The position numbers and the translations under genes were made by a program. A stretch of 64,000 bases of DNA, taken from IMG/VR virus record IMGVR_UViG_2684623127_000006; one strand, 5' to 3'. Each line of letters begins with the position of its first letter. The first letter of the stretch is position 1. Under the pieces are notes generated by a model, which saw only the letters and a list, made by a program, of their open reading frames with translations, had not been told where the DNA came from and did not search any database. Shown piece by piece: positions 45,295 to 55,025 of the stretch. The DNA is from a virus (Duplodnaviria > Heunggongvirae > Uroviricota > Caudoviricetes).

Positions 45295-47145
45295 TTATGC
45301 TGCCGGTGCATTTATCTCCAGCACCAGACTTTCTATCTCAACGCCATACGCTGCATTTTTTGTAACATCCGTCAGCGTCAGCGCATTCAGTCCCAGTGTC
45401 AGACTGTCTTTTATAACCTGGAATGCCGGGCCAGCCACTCCATTCAGTTTCGGAGTAACCGTGGCACTGCCGGCGGTGAACACCAGCTCCAGCGTCTGCC
45501 AGTCGTTACCGTAATCGCCGAACTCCCCCAGCTTCGTGTTTCCGGCTTTCCTGTGATGCATCAGATTCACTCTGCCGTCAGTGGTCTGAGTAAAGTACGA
45601 CATCAGGAACGGATTACCGGTACCCGTCATCGCCACACCATCAGGAACGGGAGCATCCGTATACAGATAAATCCCCAGCCCGAACTGATTGTTGGTCAGC
45701 GCGCCTGACAGGCGGAACTTACAGGTCAGTCTGCCGCCCTGTGTCAGCAGGGTAATTGCGTCATCCACCGGATGCGTCAGGGACCAGGTTTTATTGCTCT
45801 GCCTGGTGATCTTAAATACACCATCTGACAACTGAATTCCGCCATCCTTAATGCTCCAGCCCTGCGCAGCAGCCTCTCCGGCTGCCGGCAGCAGGGAGAT
45901 TGTGCGAACGGACGTATCTGCAGACGGACCCGATGGCGTGTTGCCGCCGGGCGAGGGTTTGATTTCCGGTGCCTTACCACTGATGAAGGCTGAGGTGCGC
46001 CCGGCTGCGTTCAGAATAGCGGTTGCCAGACGATCCGGAATAATGCTCCTGCGCGCCCATGAACTGAAATGTGTCGGGCGGTTTGATGATACCTGGTTTC
46101 CATTCGTTCTCGATGCCGCACCGTAATATCCTGATGCCGGAATATCCGGATCTTCTGCCGGCGCGTTAGTGGCGGTATTGACGCCGTTACCGTCTGTCAT
46201 GAAGGGCACAAAATAAACGCCCTCACTCTCCCTGTTTTTATACCCGCCGTACACGGTGTCGTACTGGGTAGCGTATGTATTTTTCCAGTAATACGTCGTG
46301 TCACCACAAATCCACGGCACATCTGCAGCACTGCCACCATGGCACTGCGCGTTAAACACGGAGAGGTCAGCACGAAACTGTGCCAGCATGGCTGTAAACA
46401 GCGCAGGTTGCTGTGCGTGGGTGGCGGCGCTCATGTCAAACTCTCCCTGCATCCAGCAGACGGCCAGCAGAACGTTTTTGGGATTTTTCTGCAATGCCGC
46501 TTTGGTGCGGGAAATCAGATCCTGATATAACGGCTTGCCCACCCCCCAGCGTGCCGAATCCTGGCTGGCCCCCGTGGACTCGCTGAATGTCCCCTCCGCG
46601 CCCTGGGTAAATGCCGAACCACCACGACAGCATGGTACCAGCAGGATCCCCGCGTTATTCGGGATATACGGGAGCAGTTTTTTGGCAATATGTAACCCCT
46701 GGCCGACACAGCCGTACTGCCCTTTGCTCAGGTCTGCCTTCGGATGATTCAGCGTACTCATATCCTGCACATCATGCAGGCAGTGGTCGGCCGGAATAAT
46801 ATCGTTATATCTGCAGGCAGCCCCACCCGGCGTCACTGTACTGCGGCGCGCCAGCTGTTTAATGCGCGGATCCGGAGCATCGTATGAATCCGGCAGCGGA
46901 AGCCCTTCACCGTAAGCCATGGCATTGGACTGCCCGGCCAGTACGATGACGTAGTACCAATCCGGCTCAGTTGCACCACTGACCACCACATCACCTTCTG
47001 CTGTAATCGCCTGCATCAGGGTATAAGGGGTTATGGCCACCGGACTACCAAACGGCTGCCAGCCCTCTTTCAGTTTGTGTGTCAGCTTTTCCGCAAGGTC
47101 TGACGGCGACGCCGCCCTGACAACATCATAATGTTTAATCGACAT
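45295..47145 (-). CDS. nanS: Phage-type sialate O-acetylesterase (NanS-p-like; DUF1737 + SGNH hydrolase)
   Basis: 616 aa; N-terminal MSIKHYDVV…, GQSNAMAYGEG block; GGAGA SD. Confidence 0.7.
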   Translation of the reverse strand: MSIKHYDVVRAASPSDLAEKLTHKLKEGWQPFGSPVAITPYTLMQAITAEGDVVVSGATEPDWYYVIVLAGQSNAMAYGEGLPLPDSYDAPDPRIKQLARRSTVTPGGAACRYNDIIPADHCLHDVQDMSTLNHPKADLSKGQYGCVGQGLHIAKKLLPYIPNNAGILLVPCCRGGSAFTQGAEGTFSESTGASQDSARWGVGKPLYQDLISRTKAALQKNPKNVLLAVCWMQGEFDMSAATHAQQPALFTAMLAQFRADLSVFNAQCHGGSAADVPWICGDTTYYWKNTYATQYDTVYGGYKNRESEGVYFVPFMTDGNGVNTATNAPAEDPDIPASGYYGAASRTNGNQVSSNRPTHFSSWARRSIIPDRLATAILNAAGRTSAFISGKAPEIKPSPGGNTPSGPSADTSVRTISLLPAAGEAAAQGWSIKDGGIQLSDGVFKITRQSNKTWSLTHPVDDAITLLTQGGRLTCKFRLSGALTNNQFGLGIYLYTDAPVPDGVAMTGTGNPFLMSYFTQTTDGRVNLMHHRKAGNTKLGEFGDYGNDWQTLELVFTAGSATVTPKLNGVAGPAFQVIKDSLTLGLNALTLTDVTKNAAYGVEIESLVLEINAPAA

Positions 47146-47231
47146 CGAATTTCTCCCGTGTACAGGAACAGAGTTAAAAAGCCGGAACCGGAATCAAATC
47201 ACAGGATGACCATCTGCCAGTGGCTGGTCGT

Positions 47232-47262
47232 AAAAAAAAGGCCGCGCCATGCGCAGCCGGAA
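47232..47262 (-). terminator. Rho-independent terminator upstream of nanS-p
   Basis: Minus strand CCGGCTGCGCATGGCGCGGCC followed by TTTTTTTT. Confidence 0.5.
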
Positions 47263-47459
47263 ATAAAGGGATAACGATGATAGTTTGAGAAAAACAGAAA
47301 TAACACTTTTGTGGCAAAGCATGGTGCCGGGTGCCTCCCGGTGAATTCAGTACCAGCACCTGAATCCGCGATTATCCCATATACCTTCTTGCTGATCGCC
47401 CCTCCGCACAGGGGGATTCACCATGCAGAAGTGTTTTTAATAAACAGCAAACAAAAAAA

Positions 47460-47627
47460 TCAAGCATTATGCAGGCTGTTTCTTTTTATCACCGGCCACA
47501 GCAATACCACAATGCCGCAGACCAGCACCCCATCCGCCAGCACCGACATGATTCTGCTGGTGAAATCCACCATCACCACCAGAAACAGCAGGAGTGCAGC
47601 CACAGTCAGGCGCAGTTTTACCGTCAC
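47460..47627 (-). CDS. Candidate small two-helix membrane peptide (55 aa) coupled to TerB-like gene
   Basis: GTG overlapping TerB stop (GTGA); MTVKLRLTVAALLLFLVVMVDFTSRIMSVLADGVLVCGIVVLLWPVIKRNSLHNA; below the ORF-track size cutoff. Confidence 0.35.
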   Translation of the reverse strand: MTVKLRLTVAALLLFLVVMVDFTSRIMSVLADGVLVCGIVVLLWPVIKRNSLHNA

Positions 47628-48085
47628 AGGTGATTCTCCAGACGAAGACCCAGAACACCGGCAATCTCTTCCAGCACCTTGCGCTCTTCCGGCTCAATTT
47701 CGCCGTCTGCCTCCGCAATGGCCACCGCCACATCCAGCACATCTTCCGCTTCACGCGTATCGTGTTTCACATCCTCGATCTCACGTAACGCCGCACGACG
47801 ACCAGTTTTAAAGTTCGTATCCAGCTGACCGATAATGGTTGCGCTAATCGCATTAATTTCTGACGTAAACGCGGACAGCGCAGGCTGATTACGCAGTACC
47901 TGTTCGATCTTCGCTTTCTCGGATGCCTCACATTCACCATCTGCACAGGCCACCAGGTATGCGGCGTTAATCACCACCTGTGCCAGATCGCGTTTTTCAA
48001 ACTTTTTAATTTCCGTTGCCGCTCTGCGGGCTTTTTTTACCAAAAATACCAAACATCGTGACGTTCCTTTGGGTGGGTGAGCCAA
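47624..48085 (-). CDS. TerB-like domain protein; 5' end disrupted relative to the copy at 1-137
   Basis: …ADGEIEPEERKVLEEIAGVLGL…; ATG at 48056 is out of frame because of an A7 run where the other copy has AAAAAGAAAA. Confidence 0.5.
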   Translation of the reverse strand: MAHPPKGTSRCLVFLVKKARRAATEIKKFEKRDLAQVVINAAYLVACADGECEASEKAKIEQVLRNQPALSAFTSEINAISATIIGQLDTNFKTGRRAALREIEDVKHDTREAEDVLDVAVAIAEADGEIEPEERKVLEEIAGVLGLRLENHL

Positions 48086-48228
48086 CGCCCGGGAGCGATC
48101 TGCCCACAGAGAAAGTCACACTGACCACTCCGTAAGCTCCCCCCCCCCGAAAGGCTCTGTGGTTGGTATGTGCCGGGCGTGGCGCAGATACAAAAAAGGC
48201 CCGCAAAAGCGAGCCGGGAAAATAAGTG

Positions 48229-48305
48229 TGGCGCGTTGTACTGGAGTCGAACCAGTGACCGATTGCTTAGAAGGCAATTGCTCTGTCCTGCTGAGCTAAA
48301 AACGC
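48229..48305 (-). tRNA. argO: tRNA-Arg (anticodon UCU)
   Basis: 77 nt; anticodon loop CTTCTAA; compensatory T-stem change versus the 307-383 copy; one acceptor-stem mismatch. Confidence 0.7.
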
Positions 48306-48318
48306 AGAATACCGATAA

Positions 48319-48395
48319 TGGACCGCCATCGGAGACTCGAACCCCGCGAAACCAGCTTCGAAGGCTGGCGTTCTATCCCGATGAGCTAATGGCGG
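48319..48395 (-). tRNA. argN: tRNA-Arg (anticodon UCG)
   Basis: 77 nt; acceptor CCGCCAT/ATGGCGG, anticodon loop CTTCGAA, T-loop TTCGAGT. Confidence 0.7.
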
Positions 48396-48402
48396 TATGT
48401 GA

Positions 48403-48478
48403 TGGTGGCCCTTGCTGGATTTGAACCAGCGGCCTGGCGATTATGAGTCGCTCGCTCTCACCACTGAGCTAAAGGGCC
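48403..48478 (-). tRNA. ileZ: tRNA-Ile2/Met (anticodon CAU), ileZ-like
   Basis: 76 nt, near-identical to 484-559. Confidence 0.75.
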
Positions 48479-48488
48479 GGGCGCAGGA

Positions 48489-48516
48489 TAATAACGTTAC
48501 GAAATCAATGTTGCAA
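48489..48516 (-). promoter_or_regulatory. Candidate sigma70 promoter of the tRNA cluster (-35 TTGCAA, 17-nt spacer, -10 TATTAT)
   Basis: Hexamers read on minus strand a few nt upstream of the tRNA 5' end. Confidence 0.45.
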
Positions 48517-48596
48517 GCATTCAAGAATCACCTGGTTAAAAATTACCCTTACTTCCTCCACCAGCGCATTCACCATGTCTATCCGAGATAAGTGGC

Positions 48597-48621
48597 ACAA
48601 AAAAACCCGCTTGTGGGCGGG
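48597..48621 (-). terminator. Rho-independent terminator downstream of Q-like gene (tR'-like)
   Basis: Minus strand CCCGCCCACAAGCGGG followed by TTTTTTT. Confidence 0.55.
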
Positions 48622-48688
48622 TTTTGTTTGCTTTTGCCATCACGTACAAAATCGGCAAAATATCAGATTTGCATGAAATATATGCCTT

Positions 48689-49384
48689 TCAATCTACTTT
48701 TGCAACACTTTGCTTTGAAAATGCCGCCTTTTGTTTTGAACGCGTTCTCATTACAAACAATAAAGCCTCACTATCCAGTCGGTGAAAAATGTGTTTCATT
48801 GCAACCCAGTGACGAGTAAATGTTTTGGACCAGTTTTTAGTTGTCACTCCCACCAGTAATGCCAGCTCCTTGTATTCATAACCTTCCCCACCAAAAAGTT
48901 CTGCTTTTACTGCCTGCGCCGCCAGCCAGATTAATTTTTTCAGGCGTTCCTGCGTTTTCCCTGCAATTTTTCTGGTACCGGATTGAGTATTAAATTCATT
49001 CCACGCCCACTGTGTTATCGCGATCTGATATTCCCAACAAATACTCCCGCTGTAACACCACAACAACCAGGCTTTATGATGTTCTTCAAGAGACAGAACA
49101 GCCCGCCGCCACGATGATGTCGAAAACTCAACCGGACTGACCAGAGGAATTGACGTCACCTTCGCCAGCGATTGCTTTCCCGGGATTGGTGGATTATCCC
49201 GCGTTATCATTTTTCCAGTCACTTCATCGCGGTACCGGATTTTTTTTCGCCTGTAACGCCCTGTATCGAACATGGCATTCTCCTGCCAGGCTTCAAGCTG
49301 ACCTTTTGTTGCCCCACTCAAATCAGCGGTGGCGATAATGAGCTGCTCACGCACAAACTGTAAATAGTGGTTATTCATGCGCAC
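48689..49384 (-). CDS. Putative late-gene antiterminator (Q-like), different family from 1859-2425
   Basis: 231-aa ORF in the Q position, overlaps rusA stop. Confidence 0.4.
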   Translation of the reverse strand: MRMNNHYLQFVREQLIIATADLSGATKGQLEAWQENAMFDTGRYRRKKIRYRDEVTGKMITRDNPPIPGKQSLAKVTSIPLVSPVEFSTSSWRRAVLSLEEHHKAWLLWCYSGSICWEYQIAITQWAWNEFNTQSGTRKIAGKTQERLKKLIWLAAQAVKAELFGGEGYEYKELALLVGVTTKNWSKTFTRHWVAMKHIFHRLDSEALLFVMRTRSKQKAAFSKQSVAKVD

Positions 49385-49734
49385 TCCAGTTCTGTGATTT
49401 TTATCCCCAGCCGCTCACCAGGAACGAGCTGACCGCGCACAATATTGATTTCATCAAACTGCTCGTCGTCTATGAGAAGTCCGGCATGCGTCAGCACATC
49501 CAGTGGTGCTTTCAGGATATTGTCCAGGTCACGACGGCGCTTATCCGGTGGCTCTGCAATAATCTTTATCACCAGCCTTCCGGACAGGTTTAATTTCAGC
49601 CGCTGCTGGCGAACAATAAGTGCCACATCCCGGCGATAACGCTCACCGGCTTTTGATACAAAATATGTGCTGCCACGACGTCGCCAGTAGGTGTTCACCG
49701 TCGGCGGGTAAGGCAAAACAAACTCTATACGCAT
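49375..49734 (-). CDS. rusA: RusA Holliday-junction resolvase
   Basis: 119 aa, full length. Confidence 0.85.
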   Translation of the reverse strand: MRIEFVLPYPPTVNTYWRRRGSTYFVSKAGERYRRDVALIVRQQRLKLNLSGRLVIKIIAEPPDKRRRDLDNILKAPLDVLTHAGLLIDDEQFDEINIVRGQLVPGERLGIKITELECA

Positions 49735-49746
49735 CAGTAACCTCTT

Positions 49747-50796
49747 TTACCCGAGCACGCCGGTTGCAAAAGCGTGATCAAGAAAACGAAAAATTAAATC
49801 AACCTGGGAACCATGCTTTTCTTCGAACGCCAGCGGATCCGCATGAAGCTCGTTGTGATGCTCCCGACACAGCGGTAGCGTGAAAATATCGTGGGATTTT
49901 GTTCCCATTCCACCCTGACCATGACCAATCAGATGATGAGGATCGTCCGCTGGCTTACCACAACACGCACACGGCTGTGTCTTTACCCAGCGTGTGTATT
50001 TCTCATTTACCCAGCGGCGACGTTTAGGTCGTTTCATGAAGGATTTCGGAGACTCCGGATCAACGGCAATGCTGACCACCGTCTTTTCCTGTGGTGGGTT
50101 CTGTTGCTGGTGGGTGTGAGGCGGTAGCGCAATATTTTTTGTGCGCTGCTTCAGTATGCTGGTGGCGGTCTGTTCTCCCGGTATGATGTCGCTTTCACGG
50201 TATACGGAGCGGATTTTTTCCGCACGCAACCCCAGCGAACGACGTAATACCGCTTCCGGTAGCGCGTCCGCCACCTGATTGCGGACCGCCCACCAGGATA
50301 ATTCAGCCAGAGATAATTCACGCTCCTGTGCGCCATTCATTGCGTGACGGATGATGTCAATCATCCAGGCGGCCAGATTCTGTTGAGCAAGTTGATCCAG
50401 TGAATCAGATGTCTGCTCCCGCAGCTGGTTGTCGCAGTGCCAGCACAACACCATCGCGCCGGTACCGTAACGGTGAATGACGGTTTCGCTGTGATGATAA
50501 TCACCGTGTAGCCACTGGCAGGATTTCACGTGACGTAATAACCAGTCAGACAGTGCACCAGCGCCACCCGCAGCACGGATCACCCGCTCATCGCTGAAAA
50601 ATGGCAGTAGTGATTTATCTTCCGCCAGCGGCTGGTGAACGGCAGGTACAACCCCGGACGGCAGAGCTCGCATGCTTTTTGGTTCCGGCTCCACCAGTAT
50701 TCTGCCGTTATGGAATGCTGACATTGATTCACGGCCTGGCTTAACGATAACCAGACCGAGTTCCGGTACCAGAACAGGTCGAAGTAATACCCGCAC
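49747..50796 (-). CDS. DUF968-domain protein (YdfU-like)
   Basis: 349 aa, GTG start with GGAGG SD. Confidence 0.7.
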   Translation of the reverse strand: MRVLLRPVLVPELGLVIVKPGRESMSAFHNGRILVEPEPKSMRALPSGVVPAVHQPLAEDKSLLPFFSDERVIRAAGGAGALSDWLLRHVKSCQWLHGDYHHSETVIHRYGTGAMVLCWHCDNQLREQTSDSLDQLAQQNLAAWMIDIIRHAMNGAQERELSLAELSWWAVRNQVADALPEAVLRRSLGLRAEKIRSVYRESDIIPGEQTATSILKQRTKNIALPPHTHQQQNPPQEKTVVSIAVDPESPKSFMKRPKRRRWVNEKYTRWVKTQPCACCGKPADDPHHLIGHGQGGMGTKSHDIFTLPLCREHHNELHADPLAFEEKHGSQVDLIFRFLDHAFATGVLG

Positions 50797-50797
50797 A

Positions 50798-51076
50798 TTA
50801 CCTCCAGATCCGTTGCTGGAATGTGCGGGACGGACGCGGTGGCCGTTCGGAGTAAGGGAGCCTGACGGAGATTATCCAGTGACGGTAGTCGAGGCTAAGG
50901 GCTTTTTTAACCTCGCATCCGCGCCTGCGGTAACACTGAATGAGCCATTCGGCCTGTTCTTCAGTGCATGGGGGATGCTGGTACCAGTCAGATTTGAATG
51001 CGTAAAAACACCGTCCGCGCCTGCTGGCAAAGACGGCAGAATCATCAGAATTGTATAATTTGGTATCGTGCGCCAT
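50798..51076 (-). CDS. Hypothetical nin-region protein
   Basis: About 92 aa from MAHDTKLYN; C-terminal similarity to 3845-4117. Confidence 0.4.
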   Translation of the reverse strand: MAHDTKLYNSDDSAVFASRRGRCFYAFKSDWYQHPPCTEEQAEWLIQCYRRRGCEVKKALSLDYRHWIISVRLPYSERPPRPSRTFQQRIWR

Positions 51077-51243
51077 CGGTTGTCTCTGCTGGCGCAGCAG
51101 GTGCCAGTTGTTCAGGCTGGCGTGCGAATTGTAAACCAGAATGCCAGGAAAAAACAAAACCCGCCGAAGCGGGTTAAGTGCGGGTGCGTTGAGGATGCCT
51201 GATTCATCAGAGGTGGCGAGGGATTTCTCCCTCGCCGGGTCTC

Positions 51244-51399
51244 TTACTCCTCAGGTTCGTAAGCTGTGAAGACAGCGACCTCCGTCTGGCCGGTTCGGAT
51301 TCGTACCTCGCAGAGGTCTTTCCTCGTTACCAGTGCCGTCACTATGACGGTAATACAGATGACGATCAGGGCGATTAACATCGCCTTTTGCTGCTTCAT
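51244..51399 (-). CDS. hokD: HokD/RelF type I toxin
   Basis: 51 aa MKQQKAMLIALIVICITVIVTALVTRKDLCEVRIRTGQTEVAVFTAYEPEE. Confidence 0.85.
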   Translation of the reverse strand: MKQQKAMLIALIVICITVIVTALVTRKDLCEVRIRTGQTEVAVFTAYEPEE

Positions 51400-51864
51400 A
51401 GCCTGCTTCTCCTTGCCTTTCGGCGCGTAAGAGGCTAACCTACATGTGTCTAGCATGAAATTGGCCTCAGATTAATGTTAGGCGTCTTGCAGGACGCGTA
51501 ATGTTAACTGGGGCTTTTCTCTGTCTGCCTTACGGTGGCATGCCCGAGGCAGACAGCCTCAAGCACCCGCAGCAATTCTACTTAACTCTCGCTTTACCGC
51601 AAACCGTTTTTACCCGATATGGGAATTCCCATATCGTAATGAATTCAGTTCCCTAGTCGATCCATCAAAAACACAACCAGGCAGTAAACGCCCACAACAG
51701 CAATAACAGCCAGCGCACCTTCCATTGCCAGTGAAATATCATCCGACATATTCCCTCCTTTGGTGTGAATCCCGGCGAACGTTTTTACCCCCACCGACAA
51801 ATAACATATACTAAAAAATCAATAGCTATAGCAACGCCTGTAATTGCAAAGGCTTCAGGCCAGA

Positions 51865-52509
51865 TCATTGGCGCACCTCCTGCGGCGGTTCTGGTAGCGG
51901 CATCCAGTCGGTTACATTGCGGCTCTGTGTTTCGAAAAATTCATCACCATTACGGACTACATCAAAAAACTCACCGTCTCGATATTGCGCATAAAGAACG
52001 AATGCGCCATCACATAAAATAATTACGTGCTGACCATCATCCGGCATTCGCTCACTACAGCTTATCCAATCATCCAGAGTTACCGGATAGTTGGTTGACG
52101 TTTCCGAGATTTCCCGAAAATTATTGGTTGACGAACCCTTTTTTTCCCGAAAGTTTCCAGCCTGAAGCATGGCGGCGCTGTCTGGCGGGGCAGCATATAG
52201 CGGCACGTATATTTCCGGTTCCTTATCAGCACCGGGTTGCTCTTCCAGTGAGAATGTCTTTCCGGTAAATCGATTCATATAAAGCACGGGCTCTGCTTCC
52301 AGCGAAGCCTGAGCAACAAGGGCCAGTGCTAAATCCAACTCAATTGCCTCGAGAGAATTTTTGAATGCTGTCTGTTTTACTGCAAATTTCATCGCCTTTA
52401 CATTTTCACTAACATGACTGATTAACTGCTCTTTTGTAAAAGTGGTCATCTCATTCTCCTTTGATGCGAATGCCAGCGACAATTGAAGCCTGATAGCTAA
52501 TTCACTCAC
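51865..52509 (-). CDS. DUF551-domain protein
   Basis: 214 aa, homolog of 5149-5706. Confidence 0.55.
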   Translation of the reverse strand: MSELAIRLQLSLAFASKENEMTTFTKEQLISHVSENVKAMKFAVKQTAFKNSLEAIELDLALALVAQASLEAEPVLYMNRFTGKTFSLEEQPGADKEPEIYVPLYAAPPDSAAMLQAGNFREKKGSSTNNFREISETSTNYPVTLDDWISCSERMPDDGQHVIILCDGAFVLYAQYRDGEFFDVVRNGDEFFETQSRNVTDWMPLPEPPQEVRQ

Positions 52510-52639
52510 AGTACCGCCTCCTGAAAATTGCCCTGATAGAACGCCAGTACACGCAGCATAACTTCACTCTTCCGGCACTCGCCACTGAACCGCCCCGGGA
52601 ATCCTGGAGACTAAACTCCCTGAGAAAGAGGTAAACAGG

Positions 52640-52966
52640 ATGACTAAAAATACACGTTTTTCCCCCGAGGTCCGTCAACGGGCAGTCCGTATGGTTCTGG
52701 AAAGTCAGGGCGAATATGACTCACAATGGGCGGCAATTTGTTCCATTGCCCCAAAGATTGGCTGTACACCAGAGACTCTGCGTGTGTGGGTTCGTCAGCA
52801 TGAGCGGGATACCGGGGGCGGTGATGGTGGACTCACCACCGCTGAACGTCAGCGTCTGAAAGAGCTGGAACGTGAAAATCGTGAACTGCGCCGCAGTAAC
52901 GATATCCTTCGCCAGGCTTCCGCTTATTTTGCGAAGGCGGAGTTCGACCGCCTCTGGAAAAAATAA
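52640..52966 (+). CDS. IS3-family transposase OrfA
   Basis: 108 aa [26 protein letters not shown]…. Confidence 0.85.
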   Translation: MTKNTRFSPEVRQRAVRMVLESQGEYDSQWAAICSIAPKIGCTPETLRVWVRQHERDTGGGDGGLTTAERQRLKELERENRELRRSNDILRQASAYFAKAEFDRLWKK

Positions 52967-53853
52967 TGCCGCTGCTGGATAAGCTGCGTGAGCAGTACGG
53001 GGTCGGACCGGTATGCAGTGAACTGCATATTGCCCCGTCAACGTATTACCACTGTCAGCAACAGCGACATCATCCGGATAAACGCAGTGCCCGTGCGCAG
53101 CGCGATGACTGGCTGAAGAGAGAGATACAGCGCGTATACGATGAAAATCATCAGGTGTACGGTGTGCGTAAAGTCTGGCGCCAGTTGTTACGCGAAGGTA
53201 TCAGGGTGGCCAGATGTACAGTGGCGCGCCTCATGGCGGTTATGGGACTTGCCGGTGTTCTCCGGGGTAAAAAGGTCCGTACTACCGTCAGCCGGAAAGC
53301 CGTTTCCGCAGGCGACCGCGTAAACCGTCAGTTCGTGGCAGAACGTCCTGACCAGCTGTGGGTGGCTGATTTTACTTACGTCAGCACATGGCAGGGCTTC
53401 GTCTATGTGGCGTTCATCATTGATGTGTTTTCCGGATGTATCGTGGGGTGGCGAGTCTCATCGTCTATGGAAACGACATTCGTGCTGGATGCACTGGAGC
53501 AGGCGTTGTGGGCCCGTCGGCCGTCCGGCACAGTCCATCACAGTGATAAAGGTTCTCAGTATGTATCACTGGCCTATACGGAGCGACTAAAAGAAGCAAA
53601 ACTGCTGGCATCAACAGGGAGTACAGGTGACTCGTATGACAACGCGATGGCGGAGAGCATCAATGGTCTTTACAAAGCGGAGGTAATACACCGTAAGAGC
53701 TGGAAAAACCGTGCAGAAGTGGAACTGGCCACACTCACGTGGGTGGACTGGTATAACAATCGACGATTGCTGGGAAGGCTGGGTCATATCCCTCCGGCAG
53801 AAGCAGAAAAAGCTTATTATGCTTCCATCAGAAACGATGATCTGGCAGCCTGA
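52966..53853 (+). CDS. IS3-family transposase OrfB (integrase core, DDE)
   Basis: 295 aa overlapping orfA end. Confidence 0.85.
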   Translation: MPLLDKLREQYGVGPVCSELHIAPSTYYHCQQQRHHPDKRSARAQRDDWLKREIQRVYDENHQVYGVRKVWRQLLREGIRVARCTVARLMAVMGLAGVLRGKKVRTTVSRKAVSAGDRVNRQFVAERPDQLWVADFTYVSTWQGFVYVAFIIDVFSGCIVGWRVSSSMETTFVLDALEQALWARRPSGTVHHSDKGSQYVSLAYTERLKEAKLLASTGSTGDSYDNAMAESINGLYKAEVIHRKSWKNRAEVELATLTWVDWYNNRRLLGRLGHIPPAEAEKAYYASIRNDDLAA

Positions 53854-53895
53854 GTTCACAGATAAAACACTCTCCAGGAAAACCGGGGCGGTTCA

Positions 53896-54215
53896 CCACA
53901 GATTATGTTCTGTTGTCTGTCGTAGCGGCGTATTTCTCCGTCTGGTAACTTTCGAATCAATGTCTGGTCGGTTGCTTTCTCCGCTGCCTTACGCCATACG
54001 CGATACACCTGTTCTGATGTAAAAACACCGTATTTACCGGGCATGTATAAATCGCCACAAGCCAGTACATCCACAAGGCAACGTCTGACTGAATGCCAGC
54101 CTGCTCCCGTCGCTCTCTCCAGTTGTGATATCGTCATGCGTTCATTTTTGCGTACCAGCCCGATAATTCGGGCCTTCAGTTCTTCACGCTGTTCGTGTGT
54201 AAAAGGTTTCGCCAT
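53896..54215 (-). pseudogene. Hypothetical DNA-binding protein gene interrupted near its 3' end by IS629
   Basis: Reading frame resumes at 52520-52585 on the other side of the IS. Confidence 0.55.
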
Positions 54216-54230
54216 AAGCGCCTCCGGCTA

Positions 54231-55000
54231 TCACTTTTCCGATACAACACGGCGGGAAGAATCAGTAATCTGTCGAACAATATCCCGGTGCTTGTTCAGC
54301 TCCCGCAGCGCGGCGCAGACTCGCTCCCACTTCTGAACATCACTTTTCGCCCTGCGCAGCGCCAGGTTTGCCCTGCGCAGGGACGGAAAAATCAGCTCAT
54401 CTGCTTGCGTTTCGGTAAACGATGGCAACGGCTGCACAATGTCCGCCACAGTTTCTGTTTTAATTTCTTCCTGTGTTGCGGCTTCCCGGACTGGTAACGC
54501 AGCACCTGCTGGCTGAGGAAAGGCCTTACCATCATTTTTCGTTACCGGCGCGGCTTTCGGATCTGCTGGTAAATTACCCCCCGACATGCAGTAACGAAAT
54601 TTACCGTTCTGATTAACGCGTGCCAGCCGCCCCGTTGCGGTTACCACCGCCAGCGTGGAAGCAACCTTGCGAGTACTGACGCCGAACTTACCCGCCAGTT
54701 CCTCACACGTTTTAGCACCATCCTGACCGATAAACTCAACCATCATGTCTGCGGTAACTTTTGGAGCGACCTCTTCGGTTACCACATCCGGCGCTTCAGG
54801 TTGTAGTGCCTGCCCTTCGGTTACCCCGGCTTCACCTTCGACAGCCAGAAACCAGGTGTGACCCGTTTTATCAACAACGCCATTTTTTTGAGTTCCCACA
54901 GTTCGTTAAGAACTTCTTCACGGCTGATATCAAGCCGCGCCGCCAGTTCAACAGAATTGGCTTTTCCCATCGCTTTCAGTGCATGCAATACAGTTTCCAT
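54231..55000 (-). pseudogene. DUF1627-domain protein, frameshifted at an A7 homopolymer
   Basis: N-terminal 42 codons from ATG 55000 stop shortly after the A7 run (54891-54897); remainder is in the 54231-54899 frame. Confidence 0.5.
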
Positions 55001-55025
55001 CGAAAATTTACCTCGTCAAAAATTC

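Larger units (their letters stand above)
52586..53895 (+). mobile_element. IS629 (IS3 family), 1310 bp
   Basis: Terminal inverted repeats TGAACCGCCCCGGG…/…CCGGGGCGGTTCA; orfA/orfB; flanking CCAC duplication. Confidence 0.85.

Noticed and set aside
47311-47811. 166-aa plus-strand ORF
   Set aside because: It overlaps the TerB-like gene and the small membrane ORF on the opposite strand and has a low-complexity proline-rich translation.
47624-48480. Shiga toxin genes between the tRNAs and nanS-p
   Set aside because: I looked for stxA/stxB-sized ORFs at the expected position; only the TerB-like gene and a small hydrophobic ORF are present.
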